From: Dictyostelium discoideum
Taxonomy: Eukaryota
Assembly: GCA_000004695.1 (NCBI GenBank)
Contig: CM000151.3
Coordinates: 800,001-864,000, forward strand
Direction of reading: 5' to 3'
Length of the DNA: 64,000 nucleotides
Both the position numbers and the translations under genes were made by a program. Shown piece after piece: positions 1-16,082 of the stretch. Positions within the stretch are counted from its first letter, which is position 1. Every line of letters begins with the position of its first letter. The notes under the pieces were generated by a model. That model made no database searches. It had not been told where the DNA came from and was given only the letters and a program-made list of their open reading frames with translations.

Positions 1-2915
1 CCTATGAAATAAGTATTTCAAATTATAATACAGTACTTTTCAAATTAAAAGTAAGCGACAACCAAAGCGGTATAAAATTAATACGATCGACTTCAGCATT
101 GGTCATGCTTGGTGAATCATTGGTTTCAGGTGATTCATTAAATGCTACACTTGAACTTAGATTTCCATTTGATCAATATCTTACCTTAATTATGTTATGT
201 GATAATGCATTGAATTGTAATACCTACAGTTTTGACTCTTATTATTTTATACAATCACCAAATATTATAAGCTATTTAAAACCACCAAATCAATTATTTT
301 CAATACCAAAAGGTAAGACTATAGTCCATCCACAATACTAATCATAAAATAATTTCTTTTATTTCTATTTTATTAATTTTTTTTTTTTTTATTATTGTAA
401 TTTAGAATTTGATATTAGTAATTGTATTCTTGATATTTCATTTAAATATAATGATTTAGCGGTTACAGATAAATCAATTGCAAATGTTATGTATTTAGAT
501 ATAGTAAATTTCCCAACCGATAGAGATTTTATCATTAATTTATTTCCAAATCCAAGTATCTCTTTTTTAATACCACCAACTTATATTGCAACATATAATA
601 ATGTAACAAAGAAATTTGAATGTGAATTTATTGTACCTGCCAATATTAATATTGGCCCACTACAATACTATTTAACTTTTAATAGTTTTATTGTTTTTAG
701 TTTCTCTTTACCAAATCATTTCCAATTAAATATTAAGGAATCATTATATGCCGATTTTATTGGTCCAATTGCAACTAAAGTTTTAAAATATCAAAATGGT
801 GGTAGTGGTGGTTCAAATGTATTTGGATGGGAATTTTCATTTGAAAATGATATAAATGGATATAATGAGGGTTATATTCTAGTAAGAGGTTCAATTGATA
901 TGGCAATTAGAAATATTACAGGTGTATTATCAAGTGGAACAATATTTAGTGGCACTTATAGTTTTAGTGTAAACATTTCTATTACTTGTATATCTCAAAC
1001 TTATTCTATCGTTTATGCAAAATTTATTGATACTCAAGGACAACAAACAGTATTTAAAGTGGCAAATGAATTAAAATTTGAAATGTTAATGAATCCATTT
1101 TACCAACTTATAAAAAACGATGAAAGTTTTATAGATATCGATCTTGTTTGCGACCCAACTTTTTTATCATCAGCTGGAACAACGATAAACCCAAGTTTAA
1201 TTGAATTTACAATTTCAAAAACTGTGTTGGAAGTATTTTCAATTGATAGAAATGTAACATTTAGTTATAATGCATATCATCCAGATGGTTTACTTGATTC
1301 AATACATCCAATAATTTATCTATCATCATATGATCAAGAATTTATTACTGGAATTCAATCAACAACAATGACTCCAAAAAACTCAACCGTTATGAAATAT
1401 ATAACAACCATTGAAGTTCCAATAGGATTTGGTTATCCTGGTGGAATTATTGTAAGTTGTTATGGATTTATTTCAAATGCAGGTACACATAGTGGTTTTA
1501 CATCAAACCTTTTAAAAAAATCTGGTTTTCAATATAAAATTAATTCAGCAAAGAATTCAATGAATGTCATATTAACTGGAAATAGTGAATTATCAAGTAA
1601 TGGTGGGAAATTAATTATTTATGGTAGATTTTTAAGCTCAATTGCAACCGTTACTGTTAAATATAAAAATATAGAAAGTACGTACACACCAATACAACTA
1701 TCAGATACTCAATTCCTTTTAGATTCTATTTCAGCTTCAGACTATTATATTACAATAACAGCAAAAACTACATCTGGTGCTTCTTCTAGTAGTCTTATTG
1801 TTTATCCAAAATTATTTAAAAATACTACTTTACTAAGACCATCACCAACACCAACGCCAACACTACCAACAACACCAACACCAACAATTAAATGTAAAAC
1901 TACATGTGGTGAATCAAATAAACAAGGATATTGTTCAGTGACACAAGCTGTTTGTATTTGTTATTCACCATGGATCGGTGTTGATTGTCAATCTCAAATC
2001 GTTACAGTACCGCCTCCAAAAATAAATGAAACTAATCCATCAACTGAAATTACAACACCTAGTACATCAGAAATTAAATATTCATCAATTGTTTCAATTG
2101 TTTCATTAAGAGAACTTGACTATAATGATAATGTTGTAAATAATTATACATTTGATAAATGGGTATTTAAATCGATTTCTGATACTCAAAATAAAAAGAT
2201 TTATAGTTATTTTTCAAATATTACAATGAATAATCAAGTCGTATCAAATATTACATCAACTTTAGAATGGAATTCTCAAGCATCAATCGTACAATTTGCA
2301 GGTCAAGATATTTCATTAAATCCATCATCAATAAAGTATACAATTTCAATTTCAAAATATAACTTTTTAAATCAATTAAATACACTTCAATTAGTAATGT
2401 CTGCATCGATTCAAGCTCAAAATAATCCACAATCTGAAAATGATGAATGCTCATCAAATTCATTTGGAAATTCATCATCATCACCAAATCAAGATAAAAT
2501 CGATTCAAACTATATGCAACTTCAAGTTAATGATCATTCATTTTATGGTAGATTTATTAAGAGATGTTTATTAGATTCAAGAATTGTACCAATTTCAAAT
2601 TCAAAATTAGATGAAAATCAAATAGAACAAAAGAGTAATAATAAAATCAGTTCATTCATTGGAATTAATATACCATGGTTTTCGAGTGAAGCGATTATAG
2701 ATCCTGATTTCTCAGTTTTGTTAAGTCATTCTGATAACCCATGTAATGGAGTCAATGGAGATTCAGGTTTAACAAAATCACAATTAATTGGTATAATTGT
2801 AGGCTCTGTTTGTTTATTTATTGTTTTATTTATAATTGTATTTTATTTTCTCTTAAAAAGTTGTTTAACATTTAAAATCTTTATTTACAAATTATTTAAA
2901 AAAAGAAAACATTAA
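1..2915 (+). CDS. Type-I membrane protein with an EGF-like Cys module and a Thr/Pro-rich linker. 5'-partial; the gene starts upstream of the window. Exons 1..312 and 406..2915.
   Basis: Frame 3 is open from nt 3 to a GTAAGA donor at 313. An AT-rich intron ends tttag at 405. The join is in frame (phase 1) with the 808-aa ORF 489..2915. The protein has an EGF-like CKTTCGESNKQGYCSVTQAVCICYSPWIGVDCQ motif, a PSPTPTPTLPTTPTPT linker, and a single C-terminal TM segment (LIGIIVGSVCLFIVLFIIVFYFLL) followed by a basic tail. Confidence 0.6.
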
Positions 2916-3057
2916 ATAAAAAAATAAAAAAATAAAAAAAGAAAACATAAAATAAAAAATAAAAAAAAAAATTAATTATTAAAAAAATATTAAAGTAAAA
3001 AAAGTTGTGTTATTTATTATTTTCTCTGTTCTTATTGTTCCAGAGGTTTAATTGAGT

Positions 3058-3106
<49 letters not shown>

Positions 3107-4152
3107 ACTGGAAAAAATATGGGAAAAAAAAAAATTTAAAAAAAAAAATAAAATGATACAAAATGGAATGTACAGTTGATTAAAATTTAATTATAAAAAC
3201 TGGATTTATAATTTAAATCTAGATATAGCATGGAGGAATACAATAATAACGATAAAGAATTATTGGAGCCCATTTAGAATTTGTATTTATTGATGAAGAA
3301 CTAATATTATTAAAATTATTATTTACTTGATCATTTATTTTTGTTGATTTACTTGGTTTTCCAAAATTGGAATTAATAATATTTACTATATATTAAAGAA
3401 TTAAAAATTAATATTACGTTAATAAAACTTAAATATATATGAAAAGAAAGAAATAAAAAAAAAATTAAAAATATTTATTTAATTCTTACAAAATAATGAC
3501 ATTTTTTTGATTTTTAGAAAAAATTAATTGAATATTAATATTTATATATATAATTTAAAATTAAATAATTTGTTTAAATAATGAAAAATATAAAAAAAAA
3601 AAATTAATTATTAAATAAATTTAAAATTATTTGTTCAAAAATTGGTAAAAATAAAAAAAAAAAAAAATAAAAAAAAAAAAACAAACTGCTAAAGAATGTA
3701 ATTTGTAAACAATTTTAACACACATAATAGATTTAAATTCGGATAAGAACATTTTTAGTAGAAAATAAAAAAAAAAAAAAAATGGTAATAAAAGGCAAAA
3801 ATTATAGATAAGCAATTTTTAAAAAAAAAAAAAAATTGAATATTATGTATAGAGGATTTAGTGTTGAGTGTGTTAATTTGATAATTTTACCCCCAAACAA
3901 AAACCCCTACCACCAACACCACATATATCTTTCTTTGAGTTTATCAATTTGAAAAAAATAAAAATTAAAAATAAAAAAAAATAAAAAAAAATTAAAAAAA
4001 AAAAAATAAAAATAAAAAAAAATGCAATGATTTAACTCATTTCAAATCAAATATACAAAATATAATTATTATTATTATTATCATTATTATTATTATACAT
4101 CATTTAAACCATACCAGTATAAAAAGTTAAAAAAAAGATAAATATAGATACA

Positions 4153-4232
<80 letters not shown>

Positions 4233-4249
4233 TAAAAATAATAATATTC

Positions 4250-4286
<37 letters not shown>

Positions 4287-4974
4287 AAAATATTTTCTTT
4301 TGTGTGTTTTTTTTGTGTTTCCAAAATAAATAAATAACACTATTTTTACCACAATTCCCCACAACATATATATAGTAATTAATTTTAATTTAAATGGCAA
4401 TAATCAAATTATTGAAAATACCATATGATATTGAAAATTAGTATTTTCTATAAGCGACGATAACAATCGAGATAAAATATGTCAAGGAACAACAAAATTT
4501 CAAATAACAATCTAAAAGTGTGAATAATTCCAATATTTCTTTATTTTATATATTTATTTGTTGAACTATTTATTAATCCAATAAAAAAAAAAAAAAAAAT
4601 TATAAGATAAAAATATTTCTTTTTAAGATTTTTGTGTTTAATTGAAAAAAAAAAAAGAAAAACACGGAAATGTGTTACAATGAAATTAATTAAAAAACAA
4701 TATTTTAAAAATACTGTATTCATCATCATAAAAAAATTAAATTAATTATATTTTAAAATTTAAAATATTTTATTATTATAATTTAATTATTAAAAATTAA
4801 AAATGATTAAGGTTGGTATTTTTGAAAGAGGTTTTTTTTTTTTTCCCAATTATAAATTTTAATTGTTTTAAAATCTTTTTTTTTTTTTAAAGGAAATATT
4901 TAAAATCGTATACTTGATTTAAATCATCTTTAACAATATATTTTTCAAGCATAATTTTTTGTTTGATGTTCTTG

Positions 4975-5026
<52 letters not shown>

Positions 5027-5202
5027 TTAGTGTGCATGTGTTGAAAAACTATTTTATAAATTAATATATATATATATTAATAAATTTGTTTTTATTTATT
5101 TTTTATTTTTTATTTTTTATTTATTTTTAATATTACATTTATTACCTTTTTTTTTTTTAAGTTTATATTTTTTCATTTATAATTATAAACAGATTATTAT
5201 TG

Positions 5203-6963
<1,761 letters not shown>

Positions 6964-7240
6964 TTCTTGATTACATTTTAAAACACCATATGTTCTTTTA
7001 TATAATGCCTTTCAAATCCATCTAATAAATCGGTTGAATAACTCATTTTATATTATTTATTATATTTACAACTTTTTTGATATTTATTTTTTTATATATA
7101 TTTTATTTTTTTCTTTTCTTTTTTTTTTTTTTTCTTTTTCTTTTTTTTTCTTTTCTTTTTTTTTTTTTTTTTTTGAAATGGTATAATTGATTCTAAACAA
7201 TGATTGAATGGATAAAATAATAGTAATAATAGTAATAGTA

Positions 7241-7330
<90 letters not shown>

Positions 7331-7704
7331 TAATGAGGAATATGTTAGTTACTGTTAATTATTGTGTGATTAGAGAGAAAGAGTGTGTGTGGTGTGTGTA
7401 ATTTTTATATCTGTTATATTGTGTGATTGTGATGGTCTTCTTAAAAAAATGTATATTTTTTTTATTTTTTTTTTTTTTTGGGGGAATCAAAATAAGTTTT
7501 TTTTTTTTTTTCAAGTAATTAAAAAAAAAAAAAAAAAAGAAGCAATACAATAAATATATTGAAAAGTAATGATAATAATGTATAAAATAGTTTAGAAATA
7601 CACGTACATGTATTTGGTGGTTGTGGTTGTGTAACAAGTTTGTCAAAAAAAAAAAAAAAAATTAAAAAAAAAAATTAAAAAAATTAAAAAAAAAAAAATC
7701 ATAA

Positions 7705-7743
<39 letters not shown>

Positions 7744-8536
7744 CAAAAAAAAAAAGTTTTAGTTATGGCATTAACAACAACTTGACCGCCATACATTTTT
7801 TTTTTTTTTTTTGGCTTTTTTTTAATAATAAATTCCAATAATAATTCAAATTTTTTTTTTTTTTTTTTTCAAAAAAAATAATTTCAAATGGTTATAATGG
7901 TTTATAACCGAATGCAATAAAAAAATAGGAGAAAAAAAAAAAAAAAAAATTTTTTTATATTTTTTATAAAAAATATCCTGATTGCGATCGATTTTTTTTG
8001 GCATTGCTTAAAAAAAAAAAAAAAAAAAAAATATTATTTGTTATGTTTTTTTTTTTTTTTTTCCTTACTTTTTTTTTTTTTCCTTACTTTTTTTTTTTAT
8101 TCTATTACTATTTTTATTCTATTACTATTTTTTTTTTTATATTTTTTATTTTCTTTCTTTTTTTTTTTTTTTTTTTTTTTTTTTTGCAAGATATTTCACC
8201 CAATACCAGGTTAGGATTTATTTTTTAGGCTATTATGATAATCAAGTGACTTTTTTTAAAAAAAAAAAAAAGCAATAGTTTATTGATATTTGATGGGTTG
8301 TTTTTAAACAATAAACCCAACAATAGATGCAGCACTTTTATTTTTGTTTTTTTAATCAACAGAAATTTTAATTTTAATTTAATTTTTTTTTTTTTTTTCT
8401 TTTTTTTTTTATTCTTTTTTTTTTTTTATAAGGGGATTCACTAAGATTACTTGTCAAATATCTAACTTTTATTTTAAACTAATATCATAAAAAGTTATTG
8501 TTATAATTATTTTTATTTTTTTATTTTTGGTTATTA

Positions 8537-8568
<32 letters not shown>

Positions 8569-8714
8569 AATATTTTAAACCAAATAACTAATTAAAAAAA
8601 AAAAAACGATATAAGAGAAACGTGCTTCTTTGAATATAGAAATAGATTCTAAATATGATGTGTGGTCCTTCAATTGTGAAATTTAAAAACCCCTAATTAT
8701 TGTTTTTGACTGCT

Positions 8715-8749
<35 letters not shown>

Positions 8750-9236
8750 TGTGTCTTTTGCTTCTGGTTTTTATTTGGAAAGTTTTTAGAAATGTTTATA
8801 TATTTAAAATAATAAAATCACATTTAGAAGATTAGGGTTTTAAAGTTTGGATTGTTTGTAGTCCAGACAACTGGTACCAGGACTTTTTTTTATTTATTTT
8901 ATTTTTTTTATTTTATTTTATTTTTTTTATTTTATTTTATTTTTATTTTATTTTTTTTGTTTTTTTTTTTGTTGCTTTTTTTTACCAGCAATATCCATAA
9001 ATGTTGGGAAGTTAAGAAAAATTCCAGACAATTGACAAAATTAAATTTTGAAGTTCATTTGAAATTATCTAAAATAGCAATAAATTAATTAAATATATTA
9101 CTATTATTATTAAAATCCTACTTACTTAATGAAGACTTGAAAAAGAAGCGTTTGTAAAAAATAAAAATTTATTAATTAAAATTTTAAATAATATGGGTTT
9201 TTAAAACACAATAATAGTGTGTATAATATAATATTA

Positions 9237-9267
<31 letters not shown>

Positions 9268-9533
9268 TAAAAATAAAAAATAAAAAAATTAAAAAAAATT
9301 TATATACCCCACAACAATTAAATTATTATTTATTATTAATTTTTTTAAAAGTTTTTTTTTTTTTTTTTTTTAATTAATAAGGATATTTTATTTATTTATT
9401 TATTTATATTATTATTATTTTTTCATTTTTTATTTCTTTTTAAACTTTAAATTTATTTAATCATCAACATATTACATATATAACCACAGCATGATGTGAT
9501 TTAATTCGGCTTTATAATTGATTTTTATATAAA

Positions 9534-9565
<32 letters not shown>

Positions 9566-9927
9566 CTTTTCTTCATTCTTTTTATTATGGAATATACCGG
9601 ATCACGGCAAATTTTAAAATTTCATTTTTTTAATTCACTTTTTTTATAAAATTTCATTTTCAATTTTTTTTTTTTTTTTTTAATATTTTTTTAATTTTTT
9701 TTTTAATTTTTTTTTTTTTTTTTTTTGTAAATTAATATAAATTTTTTTTTTTATTTTTTATTTTTTTTATTTTTTAATTATATATACACATATATAAAGA
9801 AATTTATTATTATTACTTTAATTGTAATAAAATAGTATATCATTAATTTTTATTTCTATTTTTTTTTTATATAACTTTTTTTTTTTTTTTTTTTTTTTTT
9901 ATAAAATTTTATTAAATTAAAAAAAGA

Positions 9928-10027
9928 ATGAATCAAGCCGTAGCAGAATCAATTAATAAATCATTAAAATCTTCAACAGCAGATTATACCCCAAAAGGAT
10001 ATCATATTACCGAATTAGAATCTGGTA

Positions 10028-10066
<39 letters not shown>

Positions 10067-10099
10067 AAAATAATTTTTTTTTTTTTTTAAAAAATTAAA

Positions 10100-10166
<67 letters not shown>

Positions 10167-11771
10167 CAAATTAAATTAGATTCAATTTATTTAGATGAAC
10201 ATTTTTCAGGTAATGCAAAGATTTTCCATAATCCAGCAGTAGCAGTATTATATGAACAAGCATTGGCATTTGAACATGGATCAGCAATTACAAGTACAGG
10301 TGCATTGGTAACCAGATCAGGTGTAAAGACTGGAAGATCACCAAAGGATAAGAGAATTGTAAAGGAACCATCATCACAAGATGATATTTGGTGGGGACCA
10401 GTCAATATTGCAATGGATGATCTTTCATTTATGATCAATCGTGAAAGAGCCATCGATTATTTGAACACTCAAGAAAAGATCTACGTTATCGATGGTTACG
10501 CAGGATGGGATCCAAAATATCGTATCAAGGTTAGAGTCATTTGCGCACGTGCCTACCATGCTCTCTTTATGCACAATATGTTAATTCGTCCAGCCAATAG
10601 AGAAGAGTTAAGAAATTTTGGAGAACCAGATTACACCATTTACAATGCAGGTCAATTCCCAGCAAATCGTTACACTAAGGGTATGTCTTCAAGCTCATCA
10701 ATCGCCATTGATTTCGCTCGTAAGGAAATGGTTATTTTGGGTACTCAATACGCTGGTGAAATGAAAAAAGGTATTCTCACCATCATGATGTATCTCATGC
10801 CAAAGATGGGTGTCTTACCATTACATTCCTCTTGCAATCAAGCTCGTAACAATGGTGATACCACATTATTCTTTGGTCTCTCTGGTACTGGTAAAACTAC
10901 ATTATCCGCCGATATTAACCGTGAATTAATTGGTGATGATGAACATGTTTGGACCGATACTGGTTGTTTCAATATCGAAGGTGGTTGCTATGCAAAATGT
11001 ATCGATCTCTCTCGTGAAAAGGAACCAGAGATCTTTGATGCCATCAAGTTTGGTGCTGTTTTAGAGAATGTCGTCTACAATGAGTACTCTCGTAAGGTCG
11101 ATTACAATGATGTCTCTATCACTGAGAACACCCGTTGTGCCTACCCATTGGAACATATCCCAAATGCCAAATTCCCAGCTATTGCCGGTCATCCAAAGAA
11201 TATCATTATGTTAACTTGTGATGCTTTTGGTATTCTCCCACCAGTATCTCGTTTAGATGCCAATCAAGTTATGTACCATTTCATTCAAGGTTATACCGCC
11301 AAAGTTGCCGGTACTGAAGTTGGTGTCACCGAACCAACTGCAACCTTTTCAAGTTGTTATGGTGAACCATTCATCGTATGGCATCCAACCAAATACGCTG
11401 AAATGTTGGCTTCTCAACTCCATAAACATTCAGCTCGTGCTTGGTTAATTAATACTGGTTGGACTGGTGGTTCTCATGGTGTTGGTTCTCGTATTAAATT
11501 GGCCTACACTCGTGCCATCATCGATGCCATTCACAGTGGAGAACTTGAAAAAATTCCAACCACTAAAATGGATGTTTTCGGTTTCCAAGTACCAAATAGT
11601 TGTCCAGGTGTTCCATCTGAAATTTTAATGCCAATTAATGGTTGGGCTGATAAAGAGAAATATGTTTCAACTATGCATAAATTGGCTAAATTATTTATTG
11701 AAAATTTCAAAAAATTCCAAGATAAAGCTTCACCAGAACTTGTAGCAGCCGGTCCAATATTACCACAATAA
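9928..11771 (+). CDS. pckA: Phosphoenolpyruvate carboxykinase [ATP]. Exon 1 is 9928..10024; exon 2 is 10210 (or 10195)..11771.
   Basis: The 502-aa ORF holds the PEPCK-ATP kinase-1a motif [11 protein letters not shown]. It also has RSPKDKRIV and the ~[12 protein letters not shown] region, which matches the conserved PEPCK-ATP N-terminal segment (AAVLYE...). An upstream exon [32 protein letters not shown] ends at a GTAAGT donor (10025). Two alternative acceptors (tttag at 10194, ttttcag at 10209) are both in frame. Confidence 0.9.
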
Positions 11772-12085
11772 AAAAATAAAAATAAAAATAAAAACCAAGA
11801 AAAGAGTGTATATTTTTTAAAACTCAAAGGAAAAAAAATAAAATAAAATAAAATAAAATAAAATAAAATAAAAGTAAATAAAAAAAAAAAAATTAAATTT
11901 AAAAAAAAAGTTAAACATAAAACAAAAATAGATATAAAAAAGGTTTATTTTTAGAAATCAAACAAGAAAAAAAAATAAAAATAAAAATAAAAATAAAAAA
12001 AAAAAAATAAAAATAAAAAAATATCTTAAAATATAAAAATGGAAAAATAATGATGAGTGGCGCTACTTAATCAGTTTTTTTTTTA

Positions 12086-12129
<44 letters not shown>

Positions 12130-12561
12130 AAAAAAAAAATAAAAATAAATTAATTTTTATTTTTATTTTTTTATTTTTTTAATCACCACAAAAAAAACAA
12201 ACATTTGAGTGTGAAAAAAGGTGTTTGAAATATTATATATATATTTTGTACAAATTTTTTCATTTCAAAAAAAAAAAAAAAAAACCAAAAAAAAACCAAA
12301 ATTAAAAAAAAAAAAAAAAAAAAATTATTTATTCATTCATCCAAAAAAAAAAAAAAATTGTATTAATAAATTTTTGTATATATATAAATAACTAAAAAAA
12401 AAAAAAAAAAAAAGAAAAGGAAAAAAAGAAGGAAAACAAAACAAATCAAAAAGAAAGAAAAAAAAGAAAAAAAAACCAAAAAAAAAAAAAAAAAAAAAAA
12501 AAGTAAGATAGAGTTATTTATAGTTTTTATGCAAAAATAAAAATAAAAATAAAAAAAATTA

Positions 12562-12600
<39 letters not shown>

Positions 12601-12737
12601 ACAGAAAAAAAAATAAAATAAAAAAATAAAAATAAAATAACTAACTAAATCTTATTTTATTTTATTTTATTTTATTTTGTTTTATTTTATTTTATTTTAT
12701 TTATCTAATTTTTTTTTTTTTTTAAAAAAAAAAAAGA

Positions 12738-14339
12738 ATGTCAGCACAAAGACAATTTTCAGAAGATCTTTGGGATAAATTTGAATCAGTTGTTAAAAAA
12801 GTTGATAATGGTAAAATTTTCACACAACAATTAAGTAAATTTCTAAGTAAACAACAACAAATTGAATCAGCCTATGCCAAGAGTTTAGTAAAGTTATGTA
12901 AAGATAAATCATTTGCACCAGAGGTTGAAATGGGGACATTGAGAGATTCATTTCAATGTTATCGTGAACAATTGGAATTGATTGGAGCATTACATGAGGA
13001 ATTTTCAAATAGATTAGAGAAATTAGTTACCATTGGTATCGATGGATATTTGGAAGAGAGTAGAAAACAAAGAAAAGCATTGATTGCCAATGGTGAAAAG
13101 TGTACAAAGGATCTAAAGACTGCGGAGTCAAATGAGTCAAAAGCAAAGCAAAACTATGAAAAGTTAAAGAGGAAACAAGAGGAGGCCAATGAAGATCTCT
13201 CAAAACAACCTCCAGGCGCCAAAGAACAAAAGGCCAGAAAGACATTGGAATCTGCAACTAAAGCCGCTGACAAAGGTGATAATGAGTATAGGGAGAGTGT
13301 GAAATGTTTGCAACAAAATCAACAGAAATTCTATCATGAAGAGATGCCAAGAATTTTAGATGATCTTCAAAGATTTGAAGTTGAAAGAATTGATAAATCA
13401 AAAGATTGGTTAATGGAAGTTATCACTCAAAATGAATTGGTACCACCCGCTGTTATCATTCATAATGAAAACATTAAAAAAGGTATTGAATCTATCGATA
13501 GAGAACGTGATCTTCAAAATTATATCTTGGTAACAATGAGTGGTGCTCAAAAACCACCAGAAGCTCAATATGAACCTTATCAATCTGGTGGTGGTTTTGC
13601 AATAGTAAATAGTTCAAGTAATAGTAATTTAAATATAAGTCGTAAATCTGGTGAATTAAATGGTGGTGGTAGTATCCAAAATGGTGCTTCAATCATTTCT
13701 TCACCACAACAACCACAATATCAAAATATAGATCATCAAACTCCACCACAACCAAATATTATAATACAGCAACATCAACAATCAAACAACAACAACAACA
13801 CCAACAATAATAGTAATGTAATGACAACTCCACCACCACCACAACCACAACCACAACAACAACAATTACCTCAACCAACTCAATTAAATAATCCACCACA
13901 ACCACCAATTTCTTTAAGTAAAAATGATAGTAGTAATAGTATAAATAGTAATAGTAATGGTGAAATTGTAAGAGCACTTTATGATTATAATGCAACAGAG
14001 GAGAATGAAATTTCATTTAAAGCAAATGCTTTAATTAAAGTTGTTTTACGTGACGAAAGTGGTTGGTGGCAAGGTATGGTAATTGGAGAGAGTGATCGTA
14101 TTGGTGTTTTCCCAAGTAATTTTATTTCAGATTCTTCTGATTCTTCAAAGAAAAGAGTGGATGTAGCAGGTAGAAAATGTAAAGTACTTTACGATTATCG
14201 TACAGATTGTGAGGGTGAATTAAATATTAAAGAAGGTGAAATTTTAACAATTGAATATGAAGATGAAGGTTGGTTCTTTGGTTCAAATGAATCAAATGTT
14301 TCTGCAAGATTCCCTTCAAACTATGTTCAAGTCATTTAA
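12738..14339 (+). CDS. F-BAR + two C-terminal SH3 domains (Nwk/Bzz1-like architecture). Single exon, 533 aa.
   Basis: The N-terminus (DLWDKFESVVKK...IESAYAKSLVKLCKD) is an FCH/F-BAR signature. The middle is a Q/N/P-rich low-complexity linker. The two SH3 domains are IVRALYDYNATEENEISFKANALIKV...GWWQGM...GVFPSNFI and KCKVLYDYRTDCEGELNIKEGEILTIEYEDEGWFFG...ARFPSNYVQVI. Candidate Nwk/Bzz1p-like protein. Confidence 0.8.
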   Translation: MSAQRQFSEDLWDKFESVVKKVDNGKIFTQQLSKFLSKQQQIESAYAKSLVKLCKDKSFAPEVEMGTLRDSFQCYREQLELIGALHEEFSNRLEKLVTIGIDGYLEESRKQRKALIANGEKCTKDLKTAESNESKAKQNYEKLKRKQEEANEDLSKQPPGAKEQKARKTLESATKAADKGDNEYRESVKCLQQNQQKFYHEEMPRILDDLQRFEVERIDKSKDWLMEVITQNELVPPAVIIHNENIKKGIESIDRERDLQNYILVTMSGAQKPPEAQYEPYQSGGGFAIVNSSSNSNLNISRKSGELNGGGSIQNGASIISSPQQPQYQNIDHQTPPQPNIIIQQHQQSNNNNNTNNNSNVMTTPPPPQPQPQQQQLPQPTQLNNPPQPPISLSKNDSSNSINSNSNGEIVRALYDYNATEENEISFKANALIKVVLRDESGWWQGMVIGESDRIGVFPSNFISDSSDSSKKRVDVAGRKCKVLYDYRTDCEGELNIKEGEILTIEYEDEGWFFGSNESNVSARFPSNYVQVI

Positions 14340-14410
14340 ATAATCAAATAAATTCAAAAATAAAATCAAATAAAATCAAACAAAATCAAATAGTTAAATT
14401 ACATTTTGTT

Positions 14411-14454
<44 letters not shown>

Positions 14455-14810
14455 AGTCAAACTTTTAATTCAATTTTTAAAATATAAAACGTTATAATAA
14501 TAATAATAAAATAAAATAAATGATATATAATTTCTATCATTGGTATAATATACTTATTTTGGTAATTTGTTTTATTTTTATATTTTATTGTTTTTATAAA
14601 TATAAAAATAAAATAGGAAATCGGGTATTTTTTTTTTTTTAATTTTGGTGGGAATTTTATATAGATTCTTTTACTATTTTAGGATTTACCTTTTTTTTTT
14701 TAATTATAAATTGATTGGTTTTTTTTTTTTTTTTTTTTCATTCCAATATCAATTTAACAAATAAATCATATTTAATATTCAACTAATAAATAAAAAATAA
14801 AATAATTGAT

Positions 14811-15155
14811 ATGAATAATAATCCAATAATTAAAAATTATAAAAAATCGCTATCTCAATCATTTGATGATTTACTTGTAAATAAAGATATCGATGATTCA
14901 TTCACTTGTCCAATTTGTTTAAAATTATTAATTGATGCTCGTCAAGGGTGTTCAGAAGGTCATGTATTTTGTAATAATTGTATTACATCTTGGTTAAAAA
15001 ATAAAAATAATTGTGCAGTTTGTAGACTTCACATTTCACAAAATTGTTTATCAAAAAATAGATTTTTAGAATCAAATATTAAAAAAATTAAGGTAATTAT
15101 AAAAATATAATTATTATTATATAATTAATCAACTAACTATGTATTTATATTATTA

Positions 15156-15209
<54 letters not shown>

Positions 15210-15522
15210 TTATATGAAATAATAATAATAATAGGTTTTTTGCCCAAATAAGAATGATTTAAATGATTTAAATGATGATTCTGATGGTTGTCCGGAAATT
15301 CTTGAAATTGGTAATGTTGAATCCCATTCACTCAAATGTATTCACAGATTTGTGCTTTGTCAATATGGTGGTGATAAATGTGGTCCTGTTAGATTAAACA
15401 AACTATTATCTCATGAAATTGAATGTCCCTTTGTTGAAATCCAATTTGAAAACTCTAAAAAAACAAATTCCTTAAAAAAAAAAAAAAATTTTAGATTTCA
15501 AATCCCAAATAGCCCACAATAA
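14811..15522 (+). CDS. RING finger + TRAF-type zinc finger protein (TRAF-like). Exons 14811..15095 and 15235..15522. The 3' end is uncertain.
   Basis: RING: CPICLKLLIDARQGCSEGHVFCNNCITSWLKNKNNCAVCRLHI. A GTAATT donor follows AAG at 15096, and the acceptor is aataatag at 15234. The second exon encodes a TRAF-type Zn finger (CPEILEIGNVESHSLKCIHRFVLCQYGGDKCGPVRLNKLLSHEIECPFVEIQ). A further intron after the A-run at 15474-15492 is possible. Confidence 0.55.
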
Positions 15523-15744
15523 TTTTCACATAAACATTAATAATGCACCATTTTCAAAGGTTTTATCCAATCTAAAAATCTAAAAACAATATGGTCTGGT
15601 AATTAATTTAATTGAGTTGCCAGTATTTATTTAAAATAAAATTCTAATCAAGTTATAAAAGTAAAAATAAAAATAAAATTAAGTAAAATAAAATAAAAAA
15701 ATAAAAAAAAATCTTTATTATCTTTAATAAATTAATTAATTAAT

Positions 15745-15759
15745 TATTATTATTATTAC

Positions 15760-15857
<98 letters not shown>
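15745..15857. repeat. (ATT)n microsatellite of ~38 units. Similar long AAT/ATT tracts lie at ~4157..4228, ~5207..5321 (abutting the stop codon of the F-BAR gene) and ~7244..7330.
   Basis: Direct reading of the sequence. Confidence 0.9.
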
Positions 15858-15858
<1 letters not shown>

Positions 15859-16082
15859 TTTCTTGAACCAGCACCTTGAGAAGCGGCAGCATTTGTTTGA
15901 GCAGCTGGTGGTGGTGCTGCCATATTTACTAAGATAATTAAAAAGAGTGGAAGTAAATAGAACCACTTAATTAATAATAATAATAATAAAAATAAAAATT
16001 GTAATTTAAATTAAAATTGTAATTGATTAGTATATTGATCCTTATTTTTAATGTTTTTTTTTGTTTTTTCTTAAAAACTATT

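Noticed and set aside
3627-4729. Short ORFs rich in F, K, I and N (for example 4093..4362 with poly-I)
   Set aside because: They are translations of poly-A/T and (AAT)n intergenic tracts.
10187-10453. 88-aa minus-strand ORF
   Set aside because: It is embedded antisense within the pckA coding exon, with no independent support.
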